This document shows, in pieces, positions 28,646 to 38,501 of a DNA stretch of 64,000 nucleotides. The notes below the pieces were generated by a model. That model saw nothing but the letters and a program-made list of their open reading frames with translations. It ran no database searches and was not told the origin of the DNA. Both the position numbers and the translations under genes were made by a program. Within the stretch, counting starts at the first letter, position 1. Each line of letters begins with the position of its first letter. The DNA is from a virus (lineage: Duplodnaviria; Caudoviricetes). Location: positions 1,844-65,843 of the IMG/VR virus record IMGVR_UViG_2799112767_000002. One strand, written 5' to 3'.

Positions 28646-29596
28646 ATGAGCAAGACAAAAAGAGTAAGAATCAGCAACGAGAGCCTGAACAGCTACGGCA
28701 CGAGGGTTCTGACGGCGGGCATGAACGTGGAGCAGTACAACCGTAACCCCGTACTATTGTATATGCACGAGCGCGGTCAGGTCATCGGCTATGTTAAGGA
28801 CTTGAAGGTGGAAGGTGACGAGGTGACCGGCGAACTGATGTTTGACGAAGCCACGGAACTGAGCCAGCGCTGCAAGAAGCAGTGGGAGTTCGGCAGTCTG
28901 AAGATGGTGAGTGCCGGTATCGACATTCTGGAACTGAGCGAAGACCCGAAGCACCTGGTGCAGGGTCAGACCAGCCCGACCATCAGCAAGAGCAAACTGC
29001 TTGAGGTGTCGCTTGTTGACATTGGCGCGAATGACGATGCCATCGTGCTGCAGAAAGACGGCAAGCGCATAGAGTTAGGCAAAGACGGCGGTGTAGAGTT
29101 GCCGCTGCTGCATAGTAATAACAACAAAAATCAAAAACCAAAGCAAATGGATCAAGAGAAGTTAGCCCTTCAATTGGGCTTGCCTAAGGATGCCGACGAA
29201 GCGACCATCAACGCGAAGCTGGCAAAGCTGCAGGCTGACGGTGCGGAGGCTGAGACCCTGCGCCAGGAACGCGACACGCTGCGTGCCGCCCGTATTGAAA
29301 CCTTGGTGAACGCTGCCATTGCCGAGAAGAAGATCGGTGAGGACAAGAAGCAGCAGTTCCTGGACCTCGGCAAGAAAATTGGTGCCGACGAGTTGAAGCA
29401 GACCTTAGACGCCATGTCGCCCCAGGTAAAGCTGAGCAACATCGTGAATGGCGGCGGTGCTCCAGCCGGTGGCCATGCCGAGTACAAGAAACTGAGCGAC
29501 GTGCCGAGCGACGAGTTGTCGAAGATGCGTGAGCAGAACCCGGCGCAGTACAAGAAACTGTACAAGGCCGAGTACGGCATTGAATGTGAAATCTGA
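28646..29596 (+). CDS. Prohead protease with a C-terminal scaffold (Mu gpI/gpZ-like)
   Basis: NPVLLYMH, VSAG, EVSLVDIGAN. An in-frame ATG at 29147 follows an A-rich tract. Confidence 0.85.
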   Translation: MSKTKRVRISNESLNSYGTRVLTAGMNVEQYNRNPVLLYMHERGQVIGYVKDLKVEGDEVTGELMFDEATELSQRCKKQWEFGSLKMVSAGIDILELSEDPKHLVQGQTSPTISKSKLLEVSLVDIGANDDAIVLQKDGKRIELGKDGGVELPLLHSNNNKNQKPKQMDQEKLALQLGLPKDADEATINAKLAKLQADGAEAETLRQERDTLRAARIETLVNAAIAEKKIGEDKKQQFLDLGKKIGADELKQTLDAMSPQVKLSNIVNGGGAPAGGHAEYKKLSDVPSDELSKMREQNPAQYKKLYKAEYGIECEI

Positions 29597-29624
29597 AGTT
29601 AAACCAACAAAAAAGAAAAGAGAA

Positions 29625-30701
29625 ATGATTCGACTTTTTGCAATGATCGCTGCGGTTCTGGTGAACTGCGTGATGGGCAGCACCCTTGCTGCCGTGGTCG
29701 GCGTTGACCCCGCCGTGGGTGCCGTCGGCCTGAATGTGTTAGCCGCCACCGTGGGCAATGTCGCCCCTGCCGGTAGCCTCCGTGCCGGAGTCTATACCGA
29801 GATCTGGACCGGCGAACTGGTGAAGTACCTTCGCCGTGGCCTTGAAGCCACATGGCTTGACGGCATTCCCGACAGTTCGAGTATCGTGAACAATGACGTG
29901 ATTCACCTTGTGGAGGTAGGCGTTGACCCTGACGTGCTGATCAACAACACGACCTATCCTATCCCCTTGCAGGCACTCAATGACGCAGACATCGCCATTC
30001 AGCTTGACAAGTTCCAGACGAAGGTGACCCCTGTGACCGATGACGAACTCTACGCCATCAGTTACGACAAGATGTCGCGCGTGAAGGAGAGCCACGGTAA
30101 TGCCATCAATGACTCGAAGTTTGCGAAGGCAGCCCATGCGCTGTGTGCGCAGAAGAATACAGCCACCACCCCGGTACTGACTACTACTGGTGCGCGTGAT
30201 GCCGACACAGGCCGACTGAAGTTGTGCGTCCAGGACATTATCAACCTGAAGCGTGCGCTTGACAAGTTGAAGGTTCCTGCCGACAACCGCCGTCTGGTAT
30301 TGTGCACCGACCATGTGAACGACCTGCTGGAGACCAGCCAGGTGTTCAAGGAGCAGTACAACATCAACCGCAATGACGGTACCGTAGGCAAACTGTTCGG
30401 CTTCAACATCTACGAGTTCGCCAACAATCCGCTGTACACCACCGCAGGTCAGAAGAAAGCCGTCGGTGCTACCGCTGAGACTGGCGAGTTCCAGTGCTCC
30501 TTTGCGTTCTACGTTCCCCGTGTGTTCAAGGCCACCGGTTCTACGAAGATGTACTACAGCGAGGCAAGCACCGACCCGGAGTACCAGCGCAACAAGATCA
30601 ACTTCCGCCACTACTTCGTTTGTCTGCCTAAGAAGGCCGATGCCGGCGGCGTGATCATGAGCGGCTATCAGGCTACTGCAGCAGCTATTCCTGAAGGATA
30701 A
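29625..30701 (+). CDS. Major capsid protein
   Basis: Follows the protease; EIWTGEL..., LDKFQT, AHAL patterns; likely start ATG 29625. Confidence 0.8.
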   Translation: MIRLFAMIAAVLVNCVMGSTLAAVVGVDPAVGAVGLNVLAATVGNVAPAGSLRAGVYTEIWTGELVKYLRRGLEATWLDGIPDSSSIVNNDVIHLVEVGVDPDVLINNTTYPIPLQALNDADIAIQLDKFQTKVTPVTDDELYAISYDKMSRVKESHGNAINDSKFAKAAHALCAQKNTATTPVLTTTGARDADTGRLKLCVQDIINLKRALDKLKVPADNRRLVLCTDHVNDLLETSQVFKEQYNINRNDGTVGKLFGFNIYEFANNPLYTTAGQKKAVGATAETGEFQCSFAFYVPRVFKATGSTKMYYSEASTDPEYQRNKINFRHYFVCLPKKADAGGVIMSGYQATAAAIPEG

Positions 30702-30736
30702 GTAACCCCAAGTTAAAACCGTAAAAACAGAAAGAA

Positions 30737-31009
30737 ATGAAACTGATTGTAAAGAACGTATTTCGTGACAAGACCGACCATGTGACGGTCTATGAGCCAG
30801 AGACCATTCTGGAAGTGAAGGACAAGGAACGTGCTGCCGACCTCGTTAAGCGTGGTCTGTGCGCCGAGTATAAGGGCAAGAAGGATGCCGCCGTGACCCT
30901 TGGCGAGGAAACCCCTGAGGCTCCTGCGGAGGGATCACCAGAGACCCCTGCGGAGGAATCACCAGAGACCCCTGCGGAAGGTGAGAAGCCTAAAAGCGAG
31001 AAGCAATGA
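30737..31009 (+). CDS. Small capsid-associated hypothetical protein with 24-bp (PAEGSPET-type) tandem repeats
   Basis: 90-aa ORF; repeats at about 30918-30980. Confidence 0.6.
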   Translation: MKLIVKNVFRDKTDHVTVYEPETILEVKDKERAADLVKRGLCAEYKGKKDAAVTLGEETPEAPAEGSPETPAEESPETPAEGEKPKSEKQ

Positions 31010-31473
31010 GTAAGCCCCTGCAATATCTTGTAATCCACTGCACAGCCACGCGCGAAGGCCGTGAGGTGAAAAGCAGTGAAATTCGCCACTGGCACACAGA
31101 CCCTGTGTCGAAGGGTGGTCGTGGCTGGAAGCAGGTGGGTTACACAGATATGATACACTTGGACGGCAAGGTGGAGCGTCTGGTGAAGAACAACGAGGAT
31201 GCCTTAGTGGACCCTTGGGAAATCACCAACGGAGCAGTGGGCTACAATGCCATCAGCCGCCACGTGGTGTATGTCGGAGGTCTGGCCGTTGACGGTCAGA
31301 CTCCGAAAGACACCCGGACTGCGGCACAGAAAGCGGCATTGAAAGCCTATGTGCTGGACTTCCACAAACGTTTCCCGAAAGTGAAGATCATCGGCCACAG
31401 GGAGGTCGCTAACAAGGCCTGTCCGAGTTTCGACGTTCAAAAGTGGCTCAAAGAAATAGGAATCAATCAATAG
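31006..31473 (+). CDS. Endolysin, N-acetylmuramoyl-L-alanine amidase (Amidase_2)
   Basis: LVIHCTAT, GY, VVYVGG, GHREVANKACPSF. Confidence 0.92.
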   Translation: MSKPLQYLVIHCTATREGREVKSSEIRHWHTDPVSKGGRGWKQVGYTDMIHLDGKVERLVKNNEDALVDPWEITNGAVGYNAISRHVVYVGGLAVDGQTPKDTRTAAQKAALKAYVLDFHKRFPKVKIIGHREVANKACPSFDVQKWLKEIGINQ

Positions 31474-31480
31474 TTGATAT

Positions 31481-31996
31481 ATGGAAATGGACCTCAGTCA
31501 AATCCTCAACGTGATATTAGGCGGTAGCCTGGTCGGTGCCATTATCTCCATCGTGACCATCCGGAGTGCCTTGAAGAAGGCGCGTGCGGAGGCAGAGAAG
31601 GCTCTGGCCGAAAGCGACACGGTGAAGATAACAAACACTGAGCAAGCCACCCGTATATTGGTTGAGAACATTGTAGAACCCTTAAAACAAGAGTTGAATG
31701 AGACACGGAAAGACCTTGGCTCGACGAAACGCGAGATGGCCCGGCTCAGGAAAGCTATTGACGATGCCAACAGTTGCCGCTATAGTGCTGAGTGTCCTGT
31801 TCTTGACAGGATGCGCCGCACATCGAAAGAGCGTGACGAAGGCAAAGGAAGAGCAGTTGTCGGAAACCATCCGCACGGACAGCGTGATTCGCCTGGCTAT
31901 AGACAGCGTAAGCGAACTGGTAGAAATCCGGACGGAGCCAGTGAAGGTGCCGATGTCGGCGGTGACGTTGACGATAGCGACGGACAGCCTCCGTAG
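31481..31996 (+). CDS. Holin- or i-spanin-like protein (single TM + coiled coil)
   Basis: N-terminal TM followed by a coiled coil; follows the endolysin. Confidence 0.55.
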   Translation: MEMDLSQILNVILGGSLVGAIISIVTIRSALKKARAEAEKALAESDTVKITNTEQATRILVENIVEPLKQELNETRKDLGSTKREMARLRKAIDDANSCRYSAECPVLDRMRRTSKERDEGKGRAVVGNHPHGQRDSPGYRQRKRTGRNPDGASEGADVGGDVDDSDGQPP

Positions 31997-32342
31997 CCTC
32001 CCTGCCGGAGCAAGCTATTCAGAGCGCAGCGGTCAGGCGAGCGTGAAGGTATCACGCAAGGCAGCTACTGCCACCGAGCCCGAGTACATCTATGTGTATG
32101 CCTCGTGCGACAGTCTGCAGCTGCAGTGCGAGCGTTACGAGCGCCAGATACGGAACCTTCACAGCCAGTACGATGAGCGCCTGAACGAGATGCAAAACCG
32201 CTTGGCAGCCACGTCGCATGAACTGGAGGAGGTGAAGGAAAAGCCCCCTAATGCTATTGGAACGGCATTGAAATGGTATTTTTACGGACTATTGTCCGGT
32301 ATATTAGCAACAATCATCATCTTTATAAAACTGAAAAAATGA
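31764..32342 (+). CDS. Lipoprotein with a C-terminal TM (u-spanin candidate)
   Basis: Signal peptide MPTVAAIVLSVLFLTG-C; C-terminal hydrophobic WYFYGLLSGILATIIIFI. Confidence 0.6.
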   Translation: MPTVAAIVLSVLFLTGCAAHRKSVTKAKEEQLSETIRTDSVIRLAIDSVSELVEIRTEPVKVPMSAVTLTIATDSLRSLPAGASYSERSGQASVKVSRKAATATEPEYIYVYASCDSLQLQCERYERQIRNLHSQYDERLNEMQNRLAATSHELEEVKEKPPNAIGTALKWYFYGLLSGILATIIIFIKLKK

Positions 32343-32839
32343 ACAAGAATTTTATCTACGGCATAGCAGCCGTAAAGTTTGGAACCGCAGTAATCGGTTA
32401 CATTGAGAAAGGCAGTTGGGACTGGGGCGGCACGAAGCCAGAAACCACCGACGTGGAAGCCGAGCAGGTGCCTGATGCCCCGGTACTGACCTTGGTTCAG
32501 AAGAACGGTCAGATCAGCCCGACGTTCAACCTCATCCAGTTAGACTACGAGAACCTGCACAACGTGCTTGGCGGCGAGTTGGTAACTACTGGTGAGGGGC
32601 AAAATGCCACCGTTACTGGATGGAAAGCCCCGACGAGCCTTGTGGAGAAGAGCGGCCAGTGGACCATTGACTTCGTGAGCGGTCAGACGATGACCATCCC
32701 GAACGGTACTATCCTGGCGAACCTTGGCGGCAAGTTGACCTTGACCGAGGTGTCGAAGGTAGAGTGCCAGTTGAAGGTGAACAAGCCCGCCGCTGGTGGT
32801 GCTCCATACGAAATCAACAACACCCCTGCTGAAGGCTGA
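32339..32839 (+). CDS. Major tail (tube) protein
   Basis: Beta-rich ~166 aa upstream of the chaperone and tape-measure genes; start ATG 32339. Confidence 0.7.
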   Translation: MNKNFIYGIAAVKFGTAVIGYIEKGSWDWGGTKPETTDVEAEQVPDAPVLTLVQKNGQISPTFNLIQLDYENLHNVLGGELVTTGEGQNATVTGWKAPTSLVEKSGQWTIDFVSGQTMTIPNGTILANLGGKLTLTEVSKVECQLKVNKPAAGGAPYEINNTPAEG

Positions 32840-33318
32840 TGGACGCGCATATCATCCAAGAGATCCAGAGAGAGGGAGCGGAAGCCTTGCTGAACGTGGG
32901 CGTTTCCCTCCCTCTCAAGGATTTTAAGGTGCCGTTCCGGAAGGAACCGCTGCACCTGAGGCTTACAATGAAGCGCCCGACGATGGCCCGACAGATACAG
33001 ATAGCGCGGACGTGGCTGAGTGTAGGCATGACGTTGGCTGAGTTCGAAGCATTGGACTATGACGGTCAGATGGCGTTCCTGGCGAAGCACGGCAAGAAGT
33101 TGAGCCGCATGATAGCCCTGACGATGCCCCACTGGTGGCTGCCGACGTGCGTATTGTCGTGGTTTATCCGCCACCGCATGAAGTGGGAGTACCAGAAAGC
33201 GGCGTTTGAGAAGTTCGTGACCCTGATGGGCACAAGCCCTTTTATGCCTATTATCAGATCAGCAGAGATGGCGAATCCGATGAAGCTGAGACTGAGCCAG
33301 GGAAGGAAGGGGAGTTAA
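32839..33318 (+). CDS. Tail assembly chaperone (gpG-like)
   Basis: Lies between the tail tube and tape measure; ends GRKGS*. Confidence 0.7.
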   Translation: MDAHIIQEIQREGAEALLNVGVSLPLKDFKVPFRKEPLHLRLTMKRPTMARQIQIARTWLSVGMTLAEFEALDYDGQMAFLAKHGKKLSRMIALTMPHWWLPTCVLSWFIRHRMKWEYQKAAFEKFVTLMGTSPFMPIIRSAEMANPMKLRLSQGRKGS

Positions 33319-33545
33319 AGAGCCGTTGGGAAGGCTCCCATAGCCCCTTCGGATTTATATGGTCGATAGCGAATGCTACAGGCTGGAGTGTTGACTACAT
33401 TCTGAATGGTGTAAACTACCAGACGCTGATTATGATGATTGCCGACGCACCGCGCTATGTGGATGTGAAGAAAAAGAAAGAGAACCAGAGTGCCGAGGAC
33501 GAAGCTGCAGGTATTGTCGGCTTTTACCAAAGCCAGTTGAAGTAA
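33312..33545 (+). CDS. gpT-like frameshift extension of the tail chaperone (-1 frame)
   Basis: ELKSRWEGSHSPFGFIWSIANATGWSVDYIL...YQSQLK*, with no start codon of its own before the internal MM. Confidence 0.65.
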   Translation, partial: ELKSRWEGSHSPFGFIWSIANATGWSVDYILNGVNYQTLIMMIADAPRYVDVKKKKENQSAEDEAAGIVGFYQSQLK

Positions 33546-33549
33546 CGAG

Positions 33550-33568
33550 GTTGCGATGCCATCGCAAC
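33550..33568. repeat. 19-bp palindrome upstream of the tape-measure gene
   Basis: GTTGCGATG-C-CATCGCAAC. Confidence 0.6.
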
Positions 33569-33584
33569 AAACAAAACAAGAAGC

Positions 33585-36500
33585 ATGAAACCAGTAGAGA
33601 TAGAGTTCCTGATGAAGGACGGCTTGTCGAAAGGAGTAGATAAGAGCCGTGCAGGTATCGAGCAGTTGCTTGATGCCTCTCGTCGTTTAGGCGAAGTTCT
33701 GAGCCAAAGCGGTGAGGAAGGAGCAAGGGCTTCAGACAAATACAACAGCAAACTTGTCGGTTTGCGTCAAGGGGTGGAAAAGATGTCCGCCTCCCTGAAG
33801 GCTATGGGTGTGTCTGAAAAAGAGACAGCCGGTGTGCTGATGAAGTCGAGCGAGCAGAACGTGAAGTTTGTCGAGGCACAAGCCGGACGGCTCCGTTCTA
33901 TGGAAGATACACTGCGCTCTGCCCTGGAGAGTGGAAATACTGCATTGGCTGAAACGACCAAGCAAGAAATGGAACAGGTGGAGACCTGGATGAACGAAGC
34001 ACTTGATGCTATACAGAAAAATGCAGAACTGATACCCACTATCGTCAAGAATGCCTCCTCTACAGTTCCAGATCAGCAGACCGAGAGTATGAGAGCGCAA
34101 CTTAGACTGCTGACCAATGAGATTGCCAGTACCACCGTTGAATATCGCCGAATGACTGATGCGGAGAGAAACTCCGCTGCTGGTATGGAACTGAAGCGTA
34201 AGTTGGAGGACCTGATAAAGAAAGCCGGAGAGTTGCGTGATGCGATGGACGATGCCAACACCCAAATTCGTGGAGAGGCTTCCGACACAAAGCACTTGGA
34301 TGGTATTGCGCAAGGCTTGAATGTCGTTACATCCTCTGCAGGTGCCGCTGTGAGTGTTTTCCAGATGTTCGGTGCAAGCCAGGAAGATTTGATAAACATT
34401 CAAACTAAACTCCAGGCAACACTCGCCATCAGCAATGCCCTGACTGTTATTCAGAACAACCTCCAGAAAGAGAGTTCCCTTATGATGGGAATCCGTACCG
34501 TTCAGGAGAAAGCACATGCGGCAGCAATCTCTATACGAACAGCAGCCGAAGGAAGAGGTATAATTGTGACCAAGGCTGCCACCATAGCGCAGGCTGCTTT
34601 CAATCTTGTGGCTAAAGCAAATCCTTATGTACTCTTGGCGACAGCCATCCTGACTGTGGTAGGCGCGTTGGTGGCCTTCACGGTAGGCTCTAAAGAAGCA
34701 ACAGCAGCCGAGAAACGTCAGCGAGAGGAAAGTGAGCGTCTGAGGAAGCAACAGGAAGACATGTCCCGTGCCCTTGGTCAGGCGGCAGGTAACGTGGAGG
34801 CTAAATATCGTTCCCTGCAACAGCAATGGAGCCGCTTGAAGACAGAGAGCGAGAAGAACAAGTGGATCAAGGAAAACGCCAACAAGTTTCATGAGTTAGG
34901 ATTGAATGTAAACTCCGTGACCGATGCGGAACAAGTGTTGGTGAATATGGCTCCGCAAGTCATAGCTGCATTAAAAGCCGTAGCAGAGGCTGAGGCGTAT
35001 AGTGATCTCTATAAACAGGCTATCAAGGAACGTGCGGAAAAGTGGGAGCACCGTGTGAAAAGCCGTGCGACTGGAGATTACTATACGACAGCCAAACAAG
35101 GTGAGAAGATTTCTGATGATGAATATAGGGCTGCAGGACTGACGGCTGGGGACATCAACTACAGTACAATGTATTCCCCCAGTGCCGGAATATCCTACAC
35201 ACAGAACCTTGGCTTAACTAAATCGGGCGTGGATAAGGTGAATGCCTATCGTAGAGAACAAGCCAGAGAAACGAACAGGCAACTCCAGGCTGGTCTTAAC
35301 GAAACAGTGGATTTCTACGCAGACAAATGGGAACAGGCAGAACAGAAGGCTGCTGAAGCCAAATCAAAAATACCAGCTCATCTCCGTTACAATGGTGGCG
35401 GCGATTCCGGAGGCTCTGGAGGTTCTGGAAGAAATGGTGGTGGCGGCAATGGTGGCGGCAATGACCTTAAAGAAGAGGAAGACCGTGCCGAGGCACTTAC
35501 AGAACTACAGGCAAAGAACCGTCAAGCTGAGATAGACCTGATGGCGGAGGGGGCGGAAAAAAAACGTGCCCAGTTGCGTCTGGACTATGACAAAGAGATA
35601 GCGGAACTTGCTGCTCTTGAAAAGGAATGGCGCGATGCGCAGAAGGGAGAACTGACTAAGGACCAAAAGGACGCATTAGATGCTGCCCGTACCTTGGCAA
35701 AATCAAAACTTGCCGCAGGAGAGGCTGAAATAGCAGATGAGGAAGCGGAACGGGAAAGAGTACGCCGTAAGGCACAACTACAGTCGATGCGCCAGTACCT
35801 GAAGGAATATGGCGATGAATTACAACAAGAGTTGGCTATCACGGAGGACTATCGGGATCAGATTGCAGAAGCGCGTGCCAATGGTGACGAGGGAAAAGCG
35901 TTGCTCCTTGAACGGAAGCTACAGGAGGAATTGAGCAATAAGAGACTGACCAACTTGCGCAACTCGCAAGAGTACATTCGCGCGTTTGAGAATTTGGGCA
36001 ATACCTCAACCCAAACATTGCAGTCACTCATAAAGAAGTTCGAGGATGCCAAGGAAGCAGCAGCCAAGAGCCTTGACCCCTATCAACTGAGGGAGTACAC
36101 AGAGACTCTTCAGCAGATGTATGATGAACTTGATAACCGAAACCCATTTGAGGCTCTGACTAAGGCATTGAAAGACCTTGCAGACGCTCAGAAAGAAGTT
36201 AAAGATGCGCAGGACATCTATGACAAAGTAAAGGGAGGCCATACCGTTATCAATGCTTCAACAGGCAGCACCTATACGGAAGCAGAGGCAAGCCGACTGC
36301 TCGCCGCAGCCAAAGACAAAGAGTCGAAGGCTTATACCAAGCTGATTAAAGCATCAACGGATTGTGCGAAAAGACTTAATCAGTTTGCTGACACATTGAA
36401 CCAACTCGGTGAGATGGTCGGCGGGAAACTTGGTGACTCTCTTGGTGCCCTCGGCAATATACTTGGCTCTGTTGGTGGTGCCTTTGAGAACATCAAGAAT

Positions 36501-38009
36501 ATCAACGTCAATGCAACAGGCTTCGAGAAGGCGCTTGGGCAGTTCTCAGCCGTGGCAGGTACTGTGTCCGCAATGGTTGATATGAACCTGGCACTCGACA
36601 AACTGCTGCCGGATGCGGAGTCGCTGTACGAGCACTATGCTGCCAAGCAACGTGAGCTTAACGAGAAGCGAATGCGTATGATTGAGTTGGAGATTGAGCA
36701 GTTGGAACAGCGACTCACCAGCGAGTCATGGTTCTACGAGAACGGATTGACTCAACTAAAGAAGAACGCAGAACTGAACGCACAATACGCAAAGGCTTAT
36801 GGTGAGGTAGCTGCGATGCCGCAAGAAATCTATAGGAATGCCAGTAGCGGTTTCTCAAAATGGGCGCCAGCCATCTTGGGAGCGATTATAGGTATAGTTG
36901 CAGGTATCCTGACATTCGGTGCAGGGGCAGGTCCAGGAGCAGCCCTTGGTGCAGCCATCGGTTCTGCGATTGGAGGAACGGCCATCGGTGCCGCCCTTGG
37001 TGCGACCGTTGTGGCCGCCATCGGCACAGCCATCTTCTCAGGCGTCGGAGCCGCATTGGGTAATGCTGTCAGAGCCGGTATTGACGGTCTGACCTATAAG
37101 GAAGGTCAGACTGCCGCCATCAACAACATGCGTGTGCAGACAAGGCATAAAACATTCTTCCGATCAGAAAAGACGCAAGACTTGCAGTCGTGGGTGAAAG
37201 AGAATTGGGGACAAGACTTGTTCGAGGAAGTCAAAGGTGTGCAACTCATCGACCCAGAGGTGGCAAAGAAAATCTTGGAAAAAGGTCCGACTTTGGTTGG
37301 CGAGACGCGTGAGACTCTTGAACAACTGCTTGAATACAGCGAAAAGATACGGGAATTTATCGACGAGGTGCATGAATATGTGTCCGAAGCATTCTCCCCC
37401 CTCGTTGATAATCTCACGGATGCTTTGTGGGATTGGCTTTCCAATGGTGAAGATGTCATGGATAAGTTCAGAGAGTATGCCGCTGATACGTTCAAAAACA
37501 TAGCGCAGGACGCTCTGAAAGCCATGATAACGAAGAATATCTTCGAACCGTTCCAAGAGCAGCTTGAAGATTTGACCATCGCCTACTCGACAGGTCAGAT
37601 TGACGAGACTGCCTATATGGCCGCTGTTGCTGAGTTCGCCAAGCAAGCCTCCGCTGCTATTGAAGCCCAGTTGCCAGTCCTGCAAAACGCTGCACAGGTA
37701 ATGGAGATGGCTATGGAGGGTGCAGGTATCGACATTGTTGGTAATGACACCGTTCAGCAGAGCGGCAAGGCCGGAGCCTTCACGACGATGAGCCAGGATC
37801 AGGCAGGCAAACTGGAGGGGCTGTTCGTAAGCGGACAGATGCACTGGGCGAGCATGGACGACAGGCTGGAGGACGTAGCCAGCCGTATGAGTTCGGTGCA
37901 GGACCACCTGCGCCAGATAGCAACGAACACGGGCAGCAGCGCTCAGTCGCTGGGTGAGATTAAGGAAGACATCAAGAAAATGATACGTGACGGACTGAAA
38001 GTGAAATAG
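33585..38009 (+). CDS. Tape measure protein
   Basis: 1474 aa, helical and Ala-rich, canonical position. Confidence 0.88.
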   Translation: MKPVEIEFLMKDGLSKGVDKSRAGIEQLLDASRRLGEVLSQSGEEGARASDKYNSKLVGLRQGVEKMSASLKAMGVSEKETAGVLMKSSEQNVKFVEAQAGRLRSMEDTLRSALESGNTALAETTKQEMEQVETWMNEALDAIQKNAELIPTIVKNASSTVPDQQTESMRAQLRLLTNEIASTTVEYRRMTDAERNSAAGMELKRKLEDLIKKAGELRDAMDDANTQIRGEASDTKHLDGIAQGLNVVTSSAGAAVSVFQMFGASQEDLINIQTKLQATLAISNALTVIQNNLQKESSLMMGIRTVQEKAHAAAISIRTAAEGRGIIVTKAATIAQAAFNLVAKANPYVLLATAILTVVGALVAFTVGSKEATAAEKRQREESERLRKQQEDMSRALGQAAGNVEAKYRSLQQQWSRLKTESEKNKWIKENANKFHELGLNVNSVTDAEQVLVNMAPQVIAALKAVAEAEAYSDLYKQAIKERAEKWEHRVKSRATGDYYTTAKQGEKISDDEYRAAGLTAGDINYSTMYSPSAGISYTQNLGLTKSGVDKVNAYRREQARETNRQLQAGLNETVDFYADKWEQAEQKAAEAKSKIPAHLRYNGGGDSGGSGGSGRNGGGGNGGGNDLKEEEDRAEALTELQAKNRQAEIDLMAEGAEKKRAQLRLDYDKEIAELAALEKEWRDAQKGELTKDQKDALDAARTLAKSKLAAGEAEIADEEAERERVRRKAQLQSMRQYLKEYGDELQQELAITEDYRDQIAEARANGDEGKALLLERKLQEELSNKRLTNLRNSQEYIRAFENLGNTSTQTLQSLIKKFEDAKEAAAKSLDPYQLREYTETLQQMYDELDNRNPFEALTKALKDLADAQKEVKDAQDIYDKVKGGHTVINASTGSTYTEAEASRLLAAAKDKESKAYTKLIKASTDCAKRLNQFADTLNQLGEMVGGKLGDSLGALGNILGSVGGAFENIKNINVNATGFEKALGQFSAVAGTVSAMVDMNLALDKLLPDAESLYEHYAAKQRELNEKRMRMIELEIEQLEQRLTSESWFYENGLTQLKKNAELNAQYAKAYGEVAAMPQEIYRNASSGFSKWAPAILGAIIGIVAGILTFGAGAGPGAALGAAIGSAIGGTAIGAALGATVVAAIGTAIFSGVGAALGNAVRAGIDGLTYKEGQTAAINNMRVQTRHKTFFRSEKTQDLQSWVKENWGQDLFEEVKGVQLIDPEVAKKILEKGPTLVGETRETLEQLLEYSEKIREFIDEVHEYVSEAFSPLVDNLTDALWDWLSNGEDVMDKFREYAADTFKNIAQDALKAMITKNIFEPFQEQLEDLTIAYSTGQIDETAYMAAVAEFAKQASAAIEAQLPVLQNAAQVMEMAMEGAGIDIVGNDTVQQSGKAGAFTTMSQDQAGKLEGLFVSGQMHWASMDDRLEDVASRMSSVQDHLRQIATNTGSSAQSLGEIKEDIKKMIRDGLKVK

Positions 38010-38012
38010 ATT

Positions 38013-38477
38013 ATGGCACATATACTATCAGGACAGGTGCTGATTAACGGCACCGACATCTGGCAGGAGTACGGCGTGTTCCTGACGGAGGAGAAGAAAG
38101 GCGGCAGGGATAACCTGAACGCCATCCTCACGCCGAGCAAGACGAAGACGCACGTAGGTGTTGACATCAGGGAGGCTAACGGCAAGAAATACTCCCGGAC
38201 GCTGACGGTGGCGAACCAGGAGCGCGAGGTGACGCTTCACTTTGCCCAATATGCGCAGACGAGGACGGAGTGGCTGCAGAAGTACCAGGCGTTCATCCAG
38301 TTCCTGAAGACGGGCGAGAACGGCTGGCTGACGGTGCGTTTCCCCTCCCTCGGACTGACCCTGCGCATGTATTATTCGTCGAGCACCCAGTTCCGGAGCC
38401 TGACCTATCTGTGGAAGGAGGGTGTGCAGGCAGGACGTTACAAGGTGACGTTCAAGGAACCCGAACCCATTATATAA
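38013..38477 (+). CDS. Distal tail (Dit-like) protein
   Basis: LINGTDIWQEYGV...F.EPEP; follows the tape measure. Confidence 0.65.
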   Translation: MAHILSGQVLINGTDIWQEYGVFLTEEKKGGRDNLNAILTPSKTKTHVGVDIREANGKKYSRTLTVANQEREVTLHFAQYAQTRTEWLQKYQAFIQFLKTGENGWLTVRFPSLGLTLRMYYSSSTQFRSLTYLWKEGVQAGRYKVTFKEPEPII

Positions 38478-38501
38478 ACGATATTAAAACGTCATTAGAA
38501 T

